Shown here piece after piece: positions 9,038 to 21,100 of a stretch of DNA of 27,886 nucleotides; the stretch's first letter is position 1, and each line of letters begins with the position of its first letter. This DNA comes from a bacterium (GTDB lineage: Bacteria; Fidelibacterota; Marinisomatia; Marinisomatales; UBA1611), in the NCBI GenBank assembly GCA_038127595.1, contig JAYPIC010000019.1, forward strand, positions 1-27,886, read 5' to 3'. Under the pieces are notes generated by a model that was not told the DNA's origin, made no database searches, and saw only the letters and a list, made by a program, of their open reading frames with translations. The position numbers and the translations under genes are program-made.

Positions 9038-9960
9038 TCCAAACCTCCACCTGCAAATTCAGAATCCATTAAGTCACCAAGACCAAGTTTTTTTACATTT
9101 AGATCAATCATATAATTTTCTGATGCCGCCCTGACTATGTCGAAAAACACATTCCTTTCACGACCATAAAAATGAAAAATATTATTAATTCTGCTTGGAG
9201 AGACTACAGTCGCTATGTTAATTAATGAGTTGTATAGTTCATCACTCAAATTTTCAAATTCTATCTGAAATTGATGATAATCTAGAGTACTCTCCAGTAA
9301 TTTATCCAAATTACCATCCATTATTATCCTACCATCTTTAAAAACAAGTATTCTATCATGAGCTTGCTCAACTTCTAGTAAGGAATTACTAACATAAATA
9401 ATCGATTTTTCACCCTTAATTTTTTTTAATAAATCCCAGGTTAGTCTTGATGATGGAGCATCCATAAAACCAGTAGGCTCGTCTAAAATTAAAATCTCCG
9501 GATCATGAATTAGTGCTCTGACAAGCATTGCTCTTTTCTGAATTCCATATGAGACATTTGAGGATATTTCATGCAAAAAATCTTCAATTCCTAATATTTT
9601 AGAAAAAGATTGTAATTTTGAACGATAATCATGATCACTCACATTATATAATAATGCAGAAAATCTAATGTTTTGCTCTATAGTTAGCCAAGGATCTAAG
9701 TCAGTCTCATTTGGTACAAAACCAACTAGGCGTCGGGTTTTTCTTTTACGCTTTTGCATATCCAGGCCATGAATGAATATACTACCATAATCTGGCCTTT
9801 CAGTTCCAGAAAGTAATCTCAAAAGTGTAGATTTCCCAGTATCATTAGCACCTATGATTGCAACTAAAGAACCTCTCTCTATTCCAAAGGTTAATCCAGC
9901 CACAATTGTTTTATCATCAATTTTTTTGCCGACTTTTTTTAAAGTAATACTTGCTTCCAT
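9034..9960 (-). CDS. ABC transporter ATP-binding protein (ABC-2/DrrA-like) with degenerate motifs
   Basis: Walker A GANDTGKST, Walker B ILILDEPT, signature region VSYGIQKR. AAGGA SD upstream. Confidence 0.9.
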   Translation of the reverse strand: MEASITLKKVGKKIDDKTIVAGLTFGIERGSLVAIIGANDTGKSTLLRLLSGTERPDYGSIFIHGLDMQKRKRKTRRLVGFVPNETDLDPWLTIEQNIRFSALLYNVSDHDYRSKLQSFSKILGIEDFLHEISSNVSYGIQKRAMLVRALIHDPEILILDEPTGFMDAPSSRLTWDLLKKIKGEKSIIYVSNSLLEVEQAHDRILVFKDGRIIMDGNLDKLLESTLDYHQFQIEFENLSDELYNSLINIATVVSPSRINNIFHFYGRERNVFFDIVRAASENYMIDLNVKKLGLGDLMDSEFAGGGLD

Positions 9961-9969
9961 TACATATCC

Positions 9970-12675
9970 TTAATGTGCTTCAAACCAATCTTTTCCAAAA
10001 CCATAATCTACAATTATTGGAACTTTAAGACTCATCGCATTCTCCATAGATTTTTTTACCATTGATATTAGATGTTCTTTCTCATCAAGAGGATATTCAA
10101 ATAATAGTTCATCATGAATCTGTAATATCATTTTAGAGTTTAATTTATCATTTTCTATATTTTTTTGAATATCAATCATTGCAATTTTAATCAATTCAGC
10201 TGCTGATCCTTGAATCGGCATATTAATTGCTACTCTCTCTGCGGCTTGTTTTTTAAGTGCATTTTCACTATTTACATCCCATACATATCTTCTTCTTCCT
10301 AAAATAGTTTCAACATAATTATCAGACCTTGCCTTTGAAAGTGTATCATCAATGTAATTTTGGATACCAGAATATTGAATGAAATACTGCTTTATAATTT
10401 CTTGAGCCGCTTTTCTAGATATTCCAAGCTCTTGACTTATTCTAAATGGCCCAGCTCCGTACATAATACCAAAATTAATAACTTTTGCTGTTCTTCTCAT
10501 TTCAGGCTGAACATCATCCAATGGTACATTATATATTAAGCTAGCAGTACGATCATGAATATCAAGATTATCTTTAAAAGCTTTACATAATTCTTTATCT
10601 TCTGATAAATGGGCCATTATCCTTAATTCAATTTGTGAATAATCTGCAGAAAAAATTCCCCAATTTTTTTGTTGAGCTATAAATGATTTTCTGATCTCTC
10701 TTCCATCGACAGTGCGTATGGGTATGTTCTGAAAATTTGGCCCTGTACTTGATAACCTACCAGTTGCTGCTATCGTTTGATTAAATGTGGAATGAATCCT
10801 TTTTGTATTTTTATTTATCGATTCAGGTAAAGCATCGATGTAAGTATTTTTTAATTTATTTAGCTTGCGATAAGACAGTATCAGTTCAGGAAGCTCATGC
10901 TCATTTACAAGTTCTTTTAATACATTTTCAGCAGTAGACCTTTTCTTTATTTGAGTAAGTTTTAAATCGTCAAATAATATTTTGGCAAGCTGTTGTGTTG
11001 AATTAATATTAAACTCTTCTTCAGCCATATTATAAATCTCCTTTACAAGCAGATCCAATCTCTCACCAATATTTAAAGACATTTCATTTAATAAATCTTC
11101 ATCTACATAAACACCTTCGTTTTCCATTTTCATTAAAACATCTATTAATGGCATTTCAATATCAGAGAAAAAATTTAATTGACCATTTTCTTCAAGCTTG
11201 GGTGCAAAAATTTCAGCTAGTTGAAAGACAATGTCTGCATCTTCAGCTGCGTAGTATGATATTTTATCTAATGGCACAAGATCCATAGTTATTTGATCTT
11301 TACCTTTACCAATAAGATCTTCAATAGGAACCATATTGTAATTTAAAAATTCAATGCTCAGCGCATCTAATTTATAGGATTTAGCAGCAGGATTTAAGAT
11401 ATGCGCTGCTATCATAGTGTCTAAAAATATATTAGATACTTTTACACCATGCCTGTATAGAATCAAGGCATCATATTTTATATTTTGTCCAACCTTCCTG
11501 ATATCATTTTTTTCAAGAAATTCTTTCATTACACTTAAAGTAACTTCGAGGTCATTATCACCAAAATTATTTTTCTTTTTTTCAGGATAAAGTATGGGTA
11601 TGTAAAAAGCAGAGTCTTTGTTATATGATAAACTTATACCAACTATTTCTGCAAGCATTGGGTTTACAGAGGTCGTCTCTAGATCAATAGACACATATTT
11701 GGCATTCTTTAGTTCATCAACCATCTTTTTCAAAGCTTTAAGATCTAATATAGTCTGGTAATTTTTTTCTTCCTTTTTTGTAATCGTTTCAGGTGCATCA
11801 ATAGCAAGATATTTCAATAATGCGTAAAATTCTAATTCTTCAAATTTTTTCCCTAATGCCTCTTGATCAAAAGATTTCAATAAAAAATTTTCAACATTAG
11901 TATCCACATCAACGTCCTTGATAATTGTTACTAATTCTTTACTCAAAAAAGCTTTATCTCTGCCATTCATTAGACCGTTATGAACTCGCTTATTTGATAT
12001 TTTTGAAGCGTTATCTAAAACAGATTCAATGTTATCATATTCTTTCAACAATTTAACAGCTGTTTTAACGCCAACACCTGCTACACCTGGAACATTATCC
12101 GAGGAATCACCCATTAGGGCTAATAAATCAATTATTTTCTCTGGAGGTAATCCCCATTTTTTAATAACACCATCTTTATCATATATATCGGGAGCAGAAT
12201 TTCTTTTACCAGGGGTGTAAAGAAAAATTTTATCATTAATAAGCTGCATGAAATCTTTATCACCGCTTACTATATATGATTGAATTTTTTTATCTAAAAC
12301 AGATTCAGTTACAGTACCAATAATATCATCCGCTTCATAACCTGGCTTTCTTAAAACTGGGATATTCATTCCATCTAGCAATTCCCACAAATGAGGAATT
12401 TGCTTTTGTAATTCCTCAGGCATCTCAGGTCGATTAGCTTTATAATCAGAATAGATTTTATGACGAAAGGTCTTTTCCTTCGAATCAAAAGCACAAACTA
12501 AATAGTCAGGGTTTTCATCTTTGATAATCTTAATTAATTGGTTTGTAAAACCAAATAAAGCACTGGTATGAAACCCATAGCTAGTAATAAGAGGATTTCG
12601 AATTAATGCATAATGGGCTCTATACAATATAGCATAACCGTCTATGATAAAAAGTTTTTTCAATTTTTGTTTCAT
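9970..12675 (-). CDS. polA: DNA polymerase I
   Basis: 5'-3' exo (IIDG..YRAHYA, YEADD, GDSSDN). 3'-5' exo intact (DLETTS, QNIKYD, YAAEDAD). Polymerase motifs DYSQIELR, RRTAKVINFGIMYG and QIHDEL. Confidence 0.98.
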   Translation of the reverse strand: MKQKLKKLFIIDGYAILYRAHYALIRNPLITSYGFHTSALFGFTNQLIKIIKDENPDYLVCAFDSKEKTFRHKIYSDYKANRPEMPEELQKQIPHLWELLDGMNIPVLRKPGYEADDIIGTVTESVLDKKIQSYIVSGDKDFMQLINDKIFLYTPGKRNSAPDIYDKDGVIKKWGLPPEKIIDLLALMGDSSDNVPGVAGVGVKTAVKLLKEYDNIESVLDNASKISNKRVHNGLMNGRDKAFLSKELVTIIKDVDVDTNVENFLLKSFDQEALGKKFEELEFYALLKYLAIDAPETITKKEEKNYQTILDLKALKKMVDELKNAKYVSIDLETTSVNPMLAEIVGISLSYNKDSAFYIPILYPEKKKNNFGDNDLEVTLSVMKEFLEKNDIRKVGQNIKYDALILYRHGVKVSNIFLDTMIAAHILNPAAKSYKLDALSIEFLNYNMVPIEDLIGKGKDQITMDLVPLDKISYYAAEDADIVFQLAEIFAPKLEENGQLNFFSDIEMPLIDVLMKMENEGVYVDEDLLNEMSLNIGERLDLLVKEIYNMAEEEFNINSTQQLAKILFDDLKLTQIKKRSTAENVLKELVNEHELPELILSYRKLNKLKNTYIDALPESINKNTKRIHSTFNQTIAATGRLSSTGPNFQNIPIRTVDGREIRKSFIAQQKNWGIFSADYSQIELRIMAHLSEDKELCKAFKDNLDIHDRTASLIYNVPLDDVQPEMRRTAKVINFGIMYGAGPFRISQELGISRKAAQEIIKQYFIQYSGIQNYIDDTLSKARSDNYVETILGRRRYVWDVNSENALKKQAAERVAINMPIQGSAAELIKIAMIDIQKNIENDKLNSKMILQIHDELLFEYPLDEKEHLISMVKKSMENAMSLKVPIIVDYGFGKDWFEAH

Positions 12676-12731
12676 TTTCGAATCAAAAAATTACTTAAGC
12701 CATCTTTTATGAACATGAAGTTTTTATAAAT

Positions 12732-12759
12732 AAAAAAGCCCCATAAAAATGGGGCTTTT
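12732..12759 (-). terminator. Rho-independent terminator after groEL (potentially bidirectional)
   Basis: Minus strand AAAAGCCCCAT-TTTT-ATGGGGC-TTTTTT: perfect stem and U-tract, 30 nt downstream of the groEL stop. Confidence 0.9.
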
Positions 12760-12789
12760 CCTATAATTTAGAACCTTATGAGTTGATGA

Positions 12790-14436
<1,647 letters not shown>

Positions 14437-14446
14437 TTATAACTCC

Positions 14447-14737
14447 TTACATTACTGCGAGAATATCACTCTCGCGCATGATTATGTAGTCAGTACCAGC
14501 AACATTAACTTCGGTGCCGGAATACTTACCATATAAAATTTTATCACCTTCTTTAACAGACATTTCAATTAATGCCCCAGAATCACTTACTTTACCTGGT
14601 CCGACAGCAACAACAGTTCCTTGCTGTGGTTTTTCTTGAGCAGTGTCTGGTAAGATTATACCACCAGATGATTTTTCTTCCGCAGCAGCTGCTTCAATTA
14701 CAACTCTGTCAGATAATGGTTTTAAACTTAAACCCAT
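14447..14737 (-). CDS. groES: Co-chaperonin GroES
   Basis: Motifs [40 protein letters not shown] and RESDILA. AAGGAG SD at 14746-14751. Confidence 0.99.
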   Translation of the reverse strand: MGLSLKPLSDRVVIEAAAAEEKSSGGIILPDTAQEKPQQGTVVAVGPGKVSDSGALIEMSVKEGDKILYGKYSGTEVNVAGTDYIIMRESDILAVM

Positions 14738-14795
14738 TTTTTTAACTCCTTATTTGTGTTTTAACGAAATTTTAAACATTTAAATAACGGGCGGA

Positions 14796-14824
14796 AAAAT
14801 AACTAATTTTGGTAGAATTTTCAA
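14796..14824 (-). promoter_or_regulatory. Putative promoter of groESL
   Basis: Minus strand TTGAAA-N17-TATTTT, ending about 58 nt upstream of groES. Confidence 0.5.
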
Positions 14825-14892
14825 CAACCATTAAATAAATGTATTCCACACACCTGACACAAATATTATTCCAAATCTAGATTTCGTGCATA

Positions 14893-14921
14893 ACATCATA
14901 TGAATGAAACATATATGATGT
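14893..14921. repeat. Perfect 9-bp inverted repeat (operator or weak terminator) between dut and groES
   Basis: ACATCATAT-N11-ATATGATGT, 20 nt downstream of the dut stop. Confidence 0.5.
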
Positions 14922-14941
14922 CATTTTGTCAGAGAAATTAA

Positions 14942-15379
14942 TTATTTTCCTGTGCTACCAAATCCACCTGTACCTCTAGATGAATCTGACAAGCTATCGC
15001 TAATGTCAAATCGAATAGATGAACCATCCATAGCAACAATTTGAAATAGCCTCTGCCCAATCTCAACTTTGTAAGGTATATCTTTAATATTGTCAACCGC
15101 AGCCATTATTTCACCTCTATAACCAGCGTCTATCAATCCAACAGCATTAGCTAAACGTAGTGGTGTTTTTGAAATGCTTGAGCGGGGCATTAAAAAATAT
15201 GAAATCCCATCAAGATTTTCACAAGATATCCCAAGTTTAATTCGAACTGTTTCTTTAGGATTTATTATTTGGTCCTCAACAATATAAAGATCCAACCCAG
15301 AATCTCCCTGATGAAAATGACTGTGATTTTCATACATTTTTCTTACAACTTCGTTGACTGGCTTTATTTTAAGATTCAT
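14942..15379 (-). CDS. dut: Trimeric dUTP diphosphatase
   Basis: All five motifs present: GDSGLDL, PRSS, GLIDAGYRGEI, RLFQIV and RGTGGFGSTG. Confidence 0.96.
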   Translation of the reverse strand: MNLKIKPVNEVVRKMYENHSHFHQGDSGLDLYIVEDQIINPKETVRIKLGISCENLDGISYFLMPRSSISKTPLRLANAVGLIDAGYRGEIMAAVDNIKDIPYKVEIGQRLFQIVAMDGSSIRFDISDSLSDSSRGTGGFGSTGK

Positions 15380-16679
15380 ATTTATTTTCTTTCTTTAATA
15401 CGTAAAATAATCCCAAACTAATTATCATCAAACATATTCCAACAGTTGATTCTATTGGTTGTATAGTGAATGTATAAAAAAGTACCCATAAATTTAGAAT
15501 TACGAATATAATGGGAGTATATGGATACCCCCACGTCTTGTAAGGTCTTTTAAGGTCTGGTTCTATATTTCGTAAATATAAAAGAGAGCAAACAGTAATA
15601 GTAGTCGTAATAATTAGTATAATCCCCGTGTATAGAACTACCTGCTCAAATGTTGAAGTCAATATAAAAATTAAACTTATGACAAGCTGAGCTATAAAAG
15701 CATTAAATGGGATACCATTCTTATTTGTTTTTGATAAAAATGATAACTGATCATAATCTTTGCCCATTGCTTGAATAATTCTAGGTCCTACATAGATGTA
15801 GCTGCTAACAGTTGAGAGCAATAATAGCCCAATTAATAGTGATATATAGACTGCATATTCAGCTCCAAATAAACTTAATCCTGAAATGTAACCTACCTCA
15901 ATTTCACCTTTCAAATCACTGATTGGGGACACAATGAGAAATACATAATTTAAAAGTAGGTATAAAAATGTGACCACGGTTGTGCCAATCAAGATTGATC
16001 TGAAAATATTTTTGCCTGGTTTCTGAATTTCTCCGACAACATATATACTAGAATTCCAACCTGCATATGCATATGAAACCCATACAAGATTAACAGCAAA
16101 CTCTGGGCTGAACAATATATCCAAATCGGATAAATTTGGAAGAAATGAAATATTCTGCTTATCAAAAGAAAAAATACCAGCAAAAATAAATAAGAACATT
16201 ACAAAAAGTTTAAATGATGTAGACCAAGTCTGAAAAAATTTTCCGAATCTAAGACTGAATGCATGAATGGCGTTTATAGCCAATATAACAATGATTGCAA
16301 AAAAATTTTCATTGATGATCGGGAAAACTGGTTTCAAATAATTTGCCAATGCAATTGCTGCTATAACCGCAGGTGCAGAAAAACCAACTGTTGCGGATAC
16401 TATGCCAGCAGATAAACCAATTGAAGGGTGCAAGATTCGAGAGAGCAAATGATACTCGCCACCTGACTTAGGTAATGCTGCCCCTAATTCACTGTAACAC
16501 AACGCACCAAATAAAGAAATAACTCCGCCAGTGAGCCATAACATTAAAATTGAAAATCCAGATTGAATATCATTTAATTGATATCCGAGACTAGTAAAAA
16601 CACCTGTCCCAATCATACTTGAAACAACAAGAGACATGGCTGCAAATAAACTTAAATGCCTTTGACTAACACCTTTCAA
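15369..16679 (-). CDS. Amino acid permease (APC superfamily, LAT-like)
   Basis: TTG start. Motifs SMIGTGVF, YSELGAALPKSGGEY, SYAYAGWN, GEIQKP and RPYKTWGYP. Overlaps dut by 11 nt. Confidence 0.92.
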   Translation of the reverse strand: MKGVSQRHLSLFAAMSLVVSSMIGTGVFTSLGYQLNDIQSGFSILMLWLTGGVISLFGALCYSELGAALPKSGGEYHLLSRILHPSIGLSAGIVSATVGFSAPAVIAAIALANYLKPVFPIINENFFAIIVILAINAIHAFSLRFGKFFQTWSTSFKLFVMFLFIFAGIFSFDKQNISFLPNLSDLDILFSPEFAVNLVWVSYAYAGWNSSIYVVGEIQKPGKNIFRSILIGTTVVTFLYLLLNYVFLIVSPISDLKGEIEVGYISGLSLFGAEYAVYISLLIGLLLLSTVSSYIYVGPRIIQAMGKDYDQLSFLSKTNKNGIPFNAFIAQLVISLIFILTSTFEQVVLYTGIILIITTTITVCSLLYLRNIEPDLKRPYKTWGYPYTPIIFVILNLWVLFYTFTIQPIESTVGICLMIISLGLFYVLKKENKYES

Positions 16680-16686
16680 AAATGTC

Positions 16687-17055
16687 TTATACTGTTTTGT
16701 ATGTATTATAGGCTAACAACAACCAACTAACAATTAATAGTAGTCCACCAATTGGAGTTACCATACCTAATTTTTTAAAATCAAGCATTGCTATTAAATA
16801 CAAGCTGCCTGAAAAAATAGAAGTACCAACAATCATCATTATAACAGGTATTTCTAAGGATTCTTTAGGTAGTTGAAATCCTAGAAGAGCTATTAAAAAT
16901 ATACCAAGTGCATGGAACATTAAATATCTAGTAGCTATATCATACACTTCAAGGCTTTGGGCACTAAGACGTTCTTTTAACGCATGAGAACCAAAAGCAC
17001 CAAATAATATTGCCAAAGCAGCAAATAAAGAGGCTATAATTATATAACCTTTCAT
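16687..17055 (-). CDS. DUF423 (YgdD/TMEM256) family membrane protein
   Basis: Motifs GAFGSHAL, RYLMFHALG, IFSGSLY and GMVTPIGGLLLIVSW. Confidence 0.9.
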   Translation of the reverse strand: MKGYIIIASLFAALAILFGAFGSHALKERLSAQSLEVYDIATRYLMFHALGIFLIALLGFQLPKESLEIPVIMMIVGTSIFSGSLYLIAMLDFKKLGMVTPIGGLLLIVSWLLLAYNTYKTV

Positions 17056-18122
17056 TGCTTTTCATTTTTATGAATTATGGTCCTCATCGGAAAAGGTATT
17101 TCTATTCCAGCTTCTGCATATTTTTTATGCAAAAGTTTTATGAAAGAATTAATTATGGGGTTTTGGTCTCCATATCTATTCCCTCTAAAATAAACCATAA
17201 GATTAATACTAGACTCCCCAAAGTTCTGAAATCGCATGGCTGGCTGATAATGTTTATTAGTTTCCTCTAATGAGTTTTGTATTTCATCAATGACCTCTTG
17301 AGTCACTTTTTCTACTTTTTCAAGGTCAGAGCCATAACCAACACCAACAGGTATCTTGATAGAAAAGCTTGGGTCTCCACTATCAAAATTTTTAATAATT
17401 GCTGATGATAACCTCGTATTAGGAATATGAATTATATTATTTGTTCTCTCCATTATTGTTGTATTTCTCCAGGAGATATTTTGAACATAGCCCATATCAC
17501 CAGTATCTATTTGAACAAAATCACCAACCTGAACTTTTTTACTTAACAATATATGTAAACCTGCAAAAACATCAGACAATGTATCTTTTAACGCTAATGA
17601 TACCGCTAAACCTCCTACTCCCAAAGCAGTAATCATTGGAGCAATAGAGATATTTAAAGAATCTAAAATAATCAAGACACCAATAACATAGATCGCAATG
17701 CGAACGAAATTTGTAAACATTGTTGTAGAGGGAAACCCCTTTTCTTGATCTTTTGCCCATAGATTAAATAAACTAACTGCCAACTTTCCAACAGCAAGTG
17801 TAATTGATCCGATAAGAACTATGATTAAAAATTGGGATACGTACTCATTTAAAATATTTTTTACAAACGTGTTGGAAACACTGGTTGATTCAATATTTGA
17901 GGCAGCAATGGAAAGAGACCCAAGGAAAAACCAAACAACAATATGCGGTTCGATCGCATCAAGTACTGCATCGTCCCCAGCCCAATCAGATTTTTTTGCT
18001 ACTAACTTTAATCTTGAATGAATATACCTTTTAAAAATAAGACCAAGTACTATACCAATAACTATAATAACAATTGGAGGAAGGTAAACTTCTAAGTTAT
18101 TTTTTATCCAATCAGTGCTCAT
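17052..18122 (-). CDS. Small-conductance mechanosensitive channel (MscS family)
   Basis: Motifs ALGVGGLAVSLALKDTLSDVFAG, GDFVQI, IPN, VGYGSDLEKV, FGESSIN and GIEIPFP. Confidence 0.92.
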   Translation of the reverse strand: MSTDWIKNNLEVYLPPIVIIVIGIVLGLIFKRYIHSRLKLVAKKSDWAGDDAVLDAIEPHIVVWFFLGSLSIAASNIESTSVSNTFVKNILNEYVSQFLIIVLIGSITLAVGKLAVSLFNLWAKDQEKGFPSTTMFTNFVRIAIYVIGVLIILDSLNISIAPMITALGVGGLAVSLALKDTLSDVFAGLHILLSKKVQVGDFVQIDTGDMGYVQNISWRNTTIMERTNNIIHIPNTRLSSAIIKNFDSGDPSFSIKIPVGVGYGSDLEKVEKVTQEVIDEIQNSLEETNKHYQPAMRFQNFGESSINLMVYFRGNRYGDQNPIINSFIKLLHKKYAEAGIEIPFPMRTIIHKNEKQ

Positions 18123-18123
18123 A

Positions 18124-21100
18124 TTAGTCGAAACTAACTGAAACTAGTTTCGAAACTCCTTTCTTTTCTTGAGTTACTCCATACATGTGATTTGCTATCT
18201 CCATGGTAAGTTTATTGTGCGTTACAATGATAAACTGAGTCTCATCCGCAAATTGTTTCAGGACTTTAGTGAATTTATGAATGTTTACATCATCTAAGGG
18301 TGCATCTACCTCATCTAAAATGCAATAAGGACTAGGTTTAACTTGATAAATAGCAAAAAGAAGGGAAATCGCAGTCAATGCTTTTTCTCCGCTAGATAAT
18401 AGCCTAAGTGACGTATTTCTTTTGCCAGGAGGTTGAGCATCGATAACAATATCGGCCTCCAATGGATCAGGGTCACCTACTAATCTAAGATTACCATACC
18501 CACCCTCAAAAAATAGGTTGAATAACTTTTCGTAATTTTTACTAATGTGCTTAAATGTCTCTTGAAATTTTTTCCTTGCGATTCGATCAATTTTTTGAAT
18601 AGTCTCACGTAAATTTTCTTCAGATTCAACTAAATCATCACGCTGTTTGCGTAAATGATTTAGGCGCTCGTTATCTTCATTATATTCATCTTGAACAGCC
18701 ATATTGACTGGGCCAATATTTTCCAAGCTTCGTTGTATTTTTTCTACTTGATATGCTAATTCATCTTCAGAATCATCTACGATTAACTTATCTGGAACAG
18801 AAGTATTGTACCTTTCTTTAATTTGTTGAAAAACAATCTCAATTTTTTGCTTCAAATCATTAAGTTTGAATTCCGATGATTTTAAATTTTCTAAAATTGA
18901 TTCACGATCTTTTTGCTCTAGTTTAATTTTAGTTTGAATTTGATCAATCATATTATAGGTTTCTCTAAAAACCGACTTTTTCAAATCAATAATTGATCTT
19001 TGTTTCTGCAATTCAGCATTTATCTTATTTAGTTCTTTTTCTCCATTTTTTATTTTTTGATCTAGATCTTTTTTTAATGCTTTTAAGTTTTTTTCTTCGT
19101 CTAGAATAATAACTTGATTCTGCTTTATTGCCTCAACTTGTTCATTTGCAGAGTTTGATTTATAAATTAGATTATCTCTTTTTGATTCAACATTAACCAT
19201 TTCAACCCTAGCATCTTGCAAAATCTGTTGCTGTGCATCTCTTTTTTTTCCAGCACTTACCACACTTTGATTAGCTTCATTTATCTTTTCTTGAAATGAA
19301 GATAAGATCTTTTCGGCTTTTTCAATATCTGGCTCTATTTTTTTAACTGCAATTTTTGAATCATTTATGATTTGCTCCGTATCAGTAATATCTTTCTTAA
19401 TGATTTTGATATTATCTAAACACTGGGTTTGATTTAAATGGTTCCTCATTAGATTCGACTCTAGATCATTTAATTGGTCTTCAACTGACCGGACAGAATT
19501 TTTATTTTCTGCCAGCTTTTCATTCAAACTCTCTATTTCAACTTCAATAGATGATTGCGCTTTTAAAATTTCCTCTTCTTTTATTTTAGATTTATTTATT
19601 TGTTTAGATAACATTTCAAGCTTGCTTTTTCGGCCTAATAAATTTCCATGCTCTGAAATTTGTCTACTTTTTATAATGAGATCTTTTCCCGTGTAAGACC
19701 CTTTAAGATCAACTAGTCTCCAACCTTCAAGTTTTTTATCCTTTGCAGCTTGTTGTATATCTTCAACAATTATTAAATCGCCCAAAATATAATCTGCTAA
19801 CGGTCTCAGCCTTTTGCTTGTATTTACAATTTCTGATGCTCTTGCTATAATATTTGAAGTTTTAGGAACCGGGTCAAGCTTCACCTTTAATTCTATGGCT
19901 TCTTTGAATGGTATAATTGTTAAATCACCAGCGTTGGCTTCTGTTGCTTTTTCTAAAGTTTGCAACCCAGTTTTTTTATCTTTTGATATAAGACAATGAG
20001 ATAACTCACCTAATCCATTTTCTAAAGCATCCCTGTACTTATCCTCTACACTAAATACATCTGCCACTGTACCAAGCACATTTGAAAAAACTTTAGGATT
20101 TTCAAGTACATATTGGGTACCCTCAGGAAAACCCTCATTTGATTCTATAAGTTCGCTATAAAATTTAGCCTGATCATTTAACGACTCGGTCTTTACAATT
20201 AAACTGTTGTAGTCTTTAATTATGTCTTGCTGCTTGATGATTTTTTGTTCAAGCTGTAGCTGAAGTTTATTCGCAATCTTTTTTTCACCAGAAAGATTTT
20301 TTTCAAGGGCTGATTGCTTTTTTTCTAATGAAGTTATTATTCCCCTTATATCTTCAGACTTATCTTTTTCTAAAGACAATTTTTCAATTAAAATATTATT
20401 AGCTTCAGTTTTATCATCGATTAAACTTAATGTTCTATCATAGATTGAGCGGTTTGAAACCATTTTTTTCTGATGATTCCATCTTTCATTTTGTATTTGA
20501 TCAAGATGCTTGAGCTCTTTATGATATTCTACCTCAATTTTTTCTAAACTCTCTTTTTCATTTTTATACAGAGTTAAGGACTTATCAAGAGCACTCTGCA
20601 ATGACTCACTTTCTTTTAAAAAAGTGCTACCATCTTTTATTAGTATTTCTATACGATCCTCATTTGATTTGTAATTACTTTGCCCTCTTTCAATTGATAA
20701 CAAAGATGACCTACCTTTTTCAGTCCAGATCAAAATATTCTGTCTAATGTCTTGCTGACTCTCAGTTAACTCTAATAAATTGCCTTGCAATATATTAAGC
20801 TCTTCTTCCTGCTTTTTGTAAACTTCTCTATTTTTCTCCAGTTCTTCTTCATGCTTCGAGGACTGATCAGTCTTGGAGCTCCTCAAATGATTATATTCTT
20901 TAATTTCATCTTGAAGCGGAAGCATTATTCCACGATATTTGTCAACCCTTAGAAAAGCAAGCGCGATATCTGTCTCTCTTAATTGTTCAGTTAGTTTTTC
21001 ATGCCTTTTAAATCTTTTTAATTGCAACTCTAGTCCATGAACTTTCTGTTCCACTTCTGATATAACATCATTTATTCGTTCAAGGTCAAACCTAGTAGCA

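Noticed and set aside
14893..14921. Inverted repeat upstream of groES as a CIRCE element
   Set aside because: The arm sequence and 11-nt spacer do not match TTAGCACTC-N9-GAGTGCTAA.
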